This document shows positions 45,555 to 47,849 of a stretch of DNA of 47,849 nt, piece by piece. The notes below the pieces were generated by a model. It was not told the DNA's origin. It saw only the letters and a program-made list of their open reading frames with translations, and did not search any database. The stretch is from assembly GCA_027366615.1 (NCBI GenBank), contig DAHXNG010000030.1, forward strand, positions 1-47,849. The letters are read 5' to 3'. The number at the start of each line of letters is the position of its first letter. Positions within the stretch are counted from its first letter, which is position 1. Position numbers and translations under genes: made by a program. This DNA is from Nitrospirota bacterium. GTDB taxonomy: Bacteria; Nitrospirota; Leptospirillia; Leptospirillales; Leptospirillaceae.

Positions 45555-46440
45555 GGAGGACCCCTCTCATGCGGGCGCTCCGCGCCCGGGGGTTTTCCGA
45601 AACCTCGACCTCACCCGGCGCGATGGAGCGGCGGAAGAGAAATTCGGCCCCCCCATCCGAAACCCACGAGCGAAAACGTCTCTTTACGATCCGGTCCTCC
45701 CCGGAATGAAAGCTTAGAACGATGAGACGACCTCCGGAGGCTTCAAGGAGCGTCCGGGAGCCGGCCAGGGAGTCCTCGAGATTTTCGTACTCCCCGTTGA
45801 CCCGGATCCTGAGCGCCATGAAGGCCCGGGTTGCGGGATGTCGCCGACTCCGTCGGAACCCCTTCCGGTAATAGACCCCGGAGACAAACGCGGCAAGAGC
45901 CGTGGTCGTCCGGGGAAGACGCCCTTCACGACGGGCCTGGACCAGCGCCCTCGCAATGGGAAGAGCCAAAGGCTCATCTCCTTCGGAGAAGAGCCGCTCA
46001 AGCTCGGACTCCGGCAGGGACTCGAGAAGATCTCCGGCGGTAGGCCCCGAGTCCGCGTCCAGCCGCATGTCGAGAGGTCCCTCTTCGGAAAACGAGAGCC
46101 CCCTCTCCGGATCCTCTCCCTGCAGGGTCGACCACCCGAGATCGAAGAGGATCCCCCGAACCGCATGGCCCGTCGCAGAGACGAGGGATGAGATCTCCCG
46201 ATTGTTCCCCCGGAGGATCTCAAGCCGGCCGGGAAAGAGGGGAAGGAGACTCTCTTCGGCCCTCAGCACCGCCTCCCGGTCCCGGTCGATGGCGACAACC
46301 GATCCCCCCCGCTCGAGGATCGCCCGTGTATGTCCTCCCCCCCCGAGGTTGGCATCCACATACCACTGGCCAGGTTGTATGTCGAGCCACTCCATCGTCT
46401 CGGCAAGCATGACCGGCCGATGCTCTCCCGAGAGCGTCAA
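45541..46440 (-). CDS. rsmH: 16S rRNA (cytosine1402-N4)-methyltransferase
   Basis: H.PVML.E..E.L......DA..GGGGH and FHSGEDR motifs. TTG start overlaps the mraZ stop (TTGA). Confidence 0.94.
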   Translation of the reverse strand: MTLSGEHRPVMLAETMEWLDIQPGQWYVDANLGGGGHTRAILERGGSVVAIDRDREAVLRAEESLLPLFPGRLEILRGNNREISSLVSATGHAVRGILFDLGWSTLQGEDPERGLSFSEEGPLDMRLDADSGPTAGDLLESLPESELERLFSEGDEPLALPIARALVQARREGRLPRTTTALAAFVSGVYYRKGFRRSRRHPATRAFMALRIRVNGEYENLEDSLAGSRTLLEASGGRLIVLSFHSGEDRIVKRRFRSWVSDGGAEFLFRRSIAPGEVEVSENPRARSARMRGVLLVPR

Positions 46441-46880
46441 AAGAGCCCCGACAGCTTCTGGGTGACAGAGCGAACACGGTCGGTCCCGGTCGCCTTTTCG
46501 AGACGCTCTCCGTTCCAGATTTCGAAGTTCTGAAGGACACCCACAAACCAGACCTCGTGCTCGAGTCCCGCATATTCCCGGAGAGGAGGCGGAACAAGAA
46601 TGCGCCCCTGCCGGTCAAGTGCCCCATCGGAGGCCCATCCCACCATGAAGCGGAGATAGGTTTTGAGCTCGTCGTTCATCTGTGGAAGGGCCTCCCACTT
46701 CTGTTCGAGCTCACGCCAGACGGCCTCTGGATAGACGACGAGACAGCCTTCGGGGTCGACGGTCATCACAAGGCGAAGCTCCGCCTCTTCCCCCCCCAGG
46801 GACTCCCGGAAGCGCTGGGGAATAGCCACGCGCCCCTTGGCATCCAGACTGTGTAGAAATCGTCCTCTAAAGAATGCCAT
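46437..46880 (-). CDS. mraZ: Transcriptional regulator MraZ
   Basis: MAFFRGRFLHSLDAKGRVAIP and a second DxxGR(I)xxP repeat (DRQGRILVP). ATG 46880 gives 147 aa. The upstream GTG 46904 lies inside an operator-like repeat. Confidence 0.93.
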   Translation of the reverse strand: MAFFRGRFLHSLDAKGRVAIPQRFRESLGGEEAELRLVMTVDPEGCLVVYPEAVWRELEQKWEALPQMNDELKTYLRFMVGWASDGALDRQGRILVPPPLREYAGLEHEVWFVGVLQNFEIWNGERLEKATGTDRVRSVTQKLSGLF

Positions 46881-46883
46881 CCA

Positions 46884-46961
46884 CCTTCCCCCACTTTTCC
46901 CCACTAATCACCCCCCAATTATAGTGAGACTAAAATATCTGTCAATCCTTCCCCACTTTTC
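46884..46961 (-). promoter_or_regulatory. Three AGTGGGG boxes (putative MraZ operator) bracketing the promoter
   Basis: Plus-strand CCCCACT at 46889..46895, 46899..46905 and 46951..46957. The first and third lie within a longer imperfect repeat: CCTTCCCC(C)ACTTTTC at 46884..46899 and 46947..46961. Confidence 0.5.
46918..46945 (-). promoter_or_regulatory. Candidate Pmra sigma70-type promoter (TTGACA-16 nt-TATAAT)
   Basis: The minus strand reads TTGACA (46945..46940), a 16-nt spacer, then TATAAT (46923..46918). Both hexamers are perfect consensus, about 40 nt upstream of the mraZ ATG. Confidence 0.6.
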
Positions 46962-47016
46962 GACTCTGAATTTTTAAAAGTGCTGACAGGGGAATGGAAA
47001 GCCGGAAAGAGACAGC

Positions 47017-47045
47017 TTGAAGACCCGGGGCTTCTGTGGGAGAAT
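47017..47045 (+). promoter_or_regulatory. Weak candidate promoter for the zinc-ribbon gene (TTGAAG-17-GAGAAT)
   Basis: Hexamers at 47017..47022 and 47040..47045. Based on hexamer matches only. Confidence 0.3.
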
Positions 47046-47080
47046 ATGTCAAGGATTCATTTGCCACAAAGGAGAGTGTC

Positions 47081-47317
47081 ATGCCGATCTACGAATATTC
47101 CTGCCATACCTGCGGAAACGTCTTCTCCCTTCTCCAGTCGATCCGGATTGGTCCCGGGGAGACTGCCTGCACGAAATGCCAAGGACTCGACGTGAGAAAG
47201 ATCCCTTCATCCTTTGCCAGTGCGGTGGCAGGGGCCCCCGGCTCAGAATTTGCCCCACCGGCGACATCACCCTCCGGTGGTGGCGGATGTTGCGGTGGCG
47301 GGTGCGGCTGCGGCTAG
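47081..47317 (+). CDS. FmdB-family zinc-ribbon protein (CxxC...CxxC) with Gly/Cys tail
   Basis: MPIYEYSCHTCGNVF...CTKCQG is the FmdB/CxxC_CxxC_SSSS pattern. ATG 47081 is preceded by AAAGGAGAG. The C-terminus is GGGGCCGGGCGCG. Confidence 0.85.
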   Translation: MPIYEYSCHTCGNVFSLLQSIRIGPGETACTKCQGLDVRKIPSSFASAVAGAPGSEFAPPATSPSGGGGCCGGGCGCG

Positions 47318-47349
47318 GACCGTTTCACTTTTTCAGGAAAGAAGCCCCG

Positions 47350-47849
47350 ATGCCCCTGCCTTTTAACGCAAAGAAGCTTTTCGGCCTTTTTATGGCAGGC
47401 CTTTTTCTCCTCTCGGCCTGCACCATCCGGACTCACTCCCCGCTGTCATTCAAGCCCCAGGCTCCCACCATCGAGGAGAAGAATGGCATCACCTACATCC
47501 TCCTGCCAATTGAGATCGAGGACAAGGGATCCCGAACACTCCGGATCCATCTTCGGGAGAACATTCTCGACCTGACGGCCAACGACCAGCATTTTCGCCT
47601 CCGCGGCAAGAAGAGCTACCGGTTCATGCTAAAAAATGCCAGCAAGCCCGCGGGACTCCTCTACCCCCCATCCTGGCAGTCCAAGTGGACAGACCACTAC
47701 ATCTCCCACCAGGACTGGGTCGTCCCCGCCATCTCGAAACGGGTCGTTCCCCTTCTCTTTGTTCTCCCGGGCCCCCCCCCCTCTCCAAGAAAGCTGATCC
47801 TCCACCTTTCCTACTCCTATCCCCAGACGGCCACCTACGACGAGCTTCG
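47350..47849 (+). CDS. Putative lipoprotein, 3'-truncated by the window edge
   Basis: My translation gives MPLPFNAKKLFGLFMAGLFLLSACTIRTHS..., a signal peptide plus lipobox LLSAC. The frame stays open to the window end, so it is not in the ORF track. No family recognised. Confidence 0.6.
   Translation, partial: MPLPFNAKKLFGLFMAGLFLLSACTIRTHSPLSFKPQAPTIEEKNGITYILLPIEIEDKGSRTLRIHLRENILDLTANDQHFRLRGKKSYRFMLKNASKPAGLLYPPSWQSKWTDHYISHQDWVVPAISKRVVPLLFVLPGPPPSPRKLILHLSYSYPQTATYDEL

Noticed and set aside
47276-47317. Gly/Cys-rich C-terminus (GGGGCCGGGCGCG) of the small zinc-ribbon protein as a RiPP precursor core.
   Set aside because: Gly/Cys or Ser-rich tails are, to my recollection, a common feature of the FmdB/CxxC_CxxC_SSSS family. 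No cyclodehydratase, radical SAM maturase, protease or exporter lies adjacent within the window.
1-47849. CRISPR arrays, IS elements or transposases, prophage genes, toxin-antitoxin pairs, restriction-modification or other defence systems.
   Set aside because: I saw no regularly spaced direct repeats, terminal inverted repeats, or ORFs with transposase, integrase, nuclease or methylase hallmarks. Essentially every ORF longer than 60 aa with protein-like composition is accounted for by the features listed.

Overview
GC-rich bacterial chromosomal window, roughly 60% G+C by eye. I cannot assign a taxon from sequence alone. It is almost entirely core housekeeping genes, mostly on the minus strand in long, tightly packed operons. 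(1) 46880->25385: a complete canonical dcw cluster (mraZ-rsmH-ftsL-ftsI-murE-murF-mraY-murD-ftsW-murG-murC-murB-ddl-ftsQ-ftsA-ftsZ), followed directly by pgeF-yggS-proC-yggT-divIVA-DUF167. (2) 19074->15682: tig-clpP-clpX. (3) about 15015->4025: lipoprotein-pgsA-DUF512-ispE-tRNA-Gln-prs-L25-pth-ychF-rpsF-ssb-rpsR-DUF2232-rlpA plus two tiny ORFs. (4) rimO, a PA0069-type radical SAM gene and an EamA transporter at the left end. The plus-strand genes are hemY, glk-pgl, an FmdB zinc-ribbon gene and four orphan membrane or lipoprotein genes. An isolated hopanoid gene (hpnH) sits with a PPP-family phosphatase. I found no CRISPR array, IS element, integrase, prophage or recognisable defence or secretion system, and I do not claim a novel system. 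The leads most worth a second look are: a perfect-consensus mraZ promoter bracketed by three AGTGGGG boxes; a DUF2232 gene whose reading frame runs about 290 nt into rlpA, which one extra G in a homopolymer would correct into an ATGA-coupled stop; a trigger factor with an HDHDHDHDH...H tail; a yggT with no canonical start codon (ATT after a strong SD); a 53-codon DUF4177-like ORF missing from the ORF track; a low-GC divergent orphan pair at 13.6-15.7 kb; and several intercistronic hairpins and candidate promoters. All family calls are my own motif recognition, since no searches were possible.
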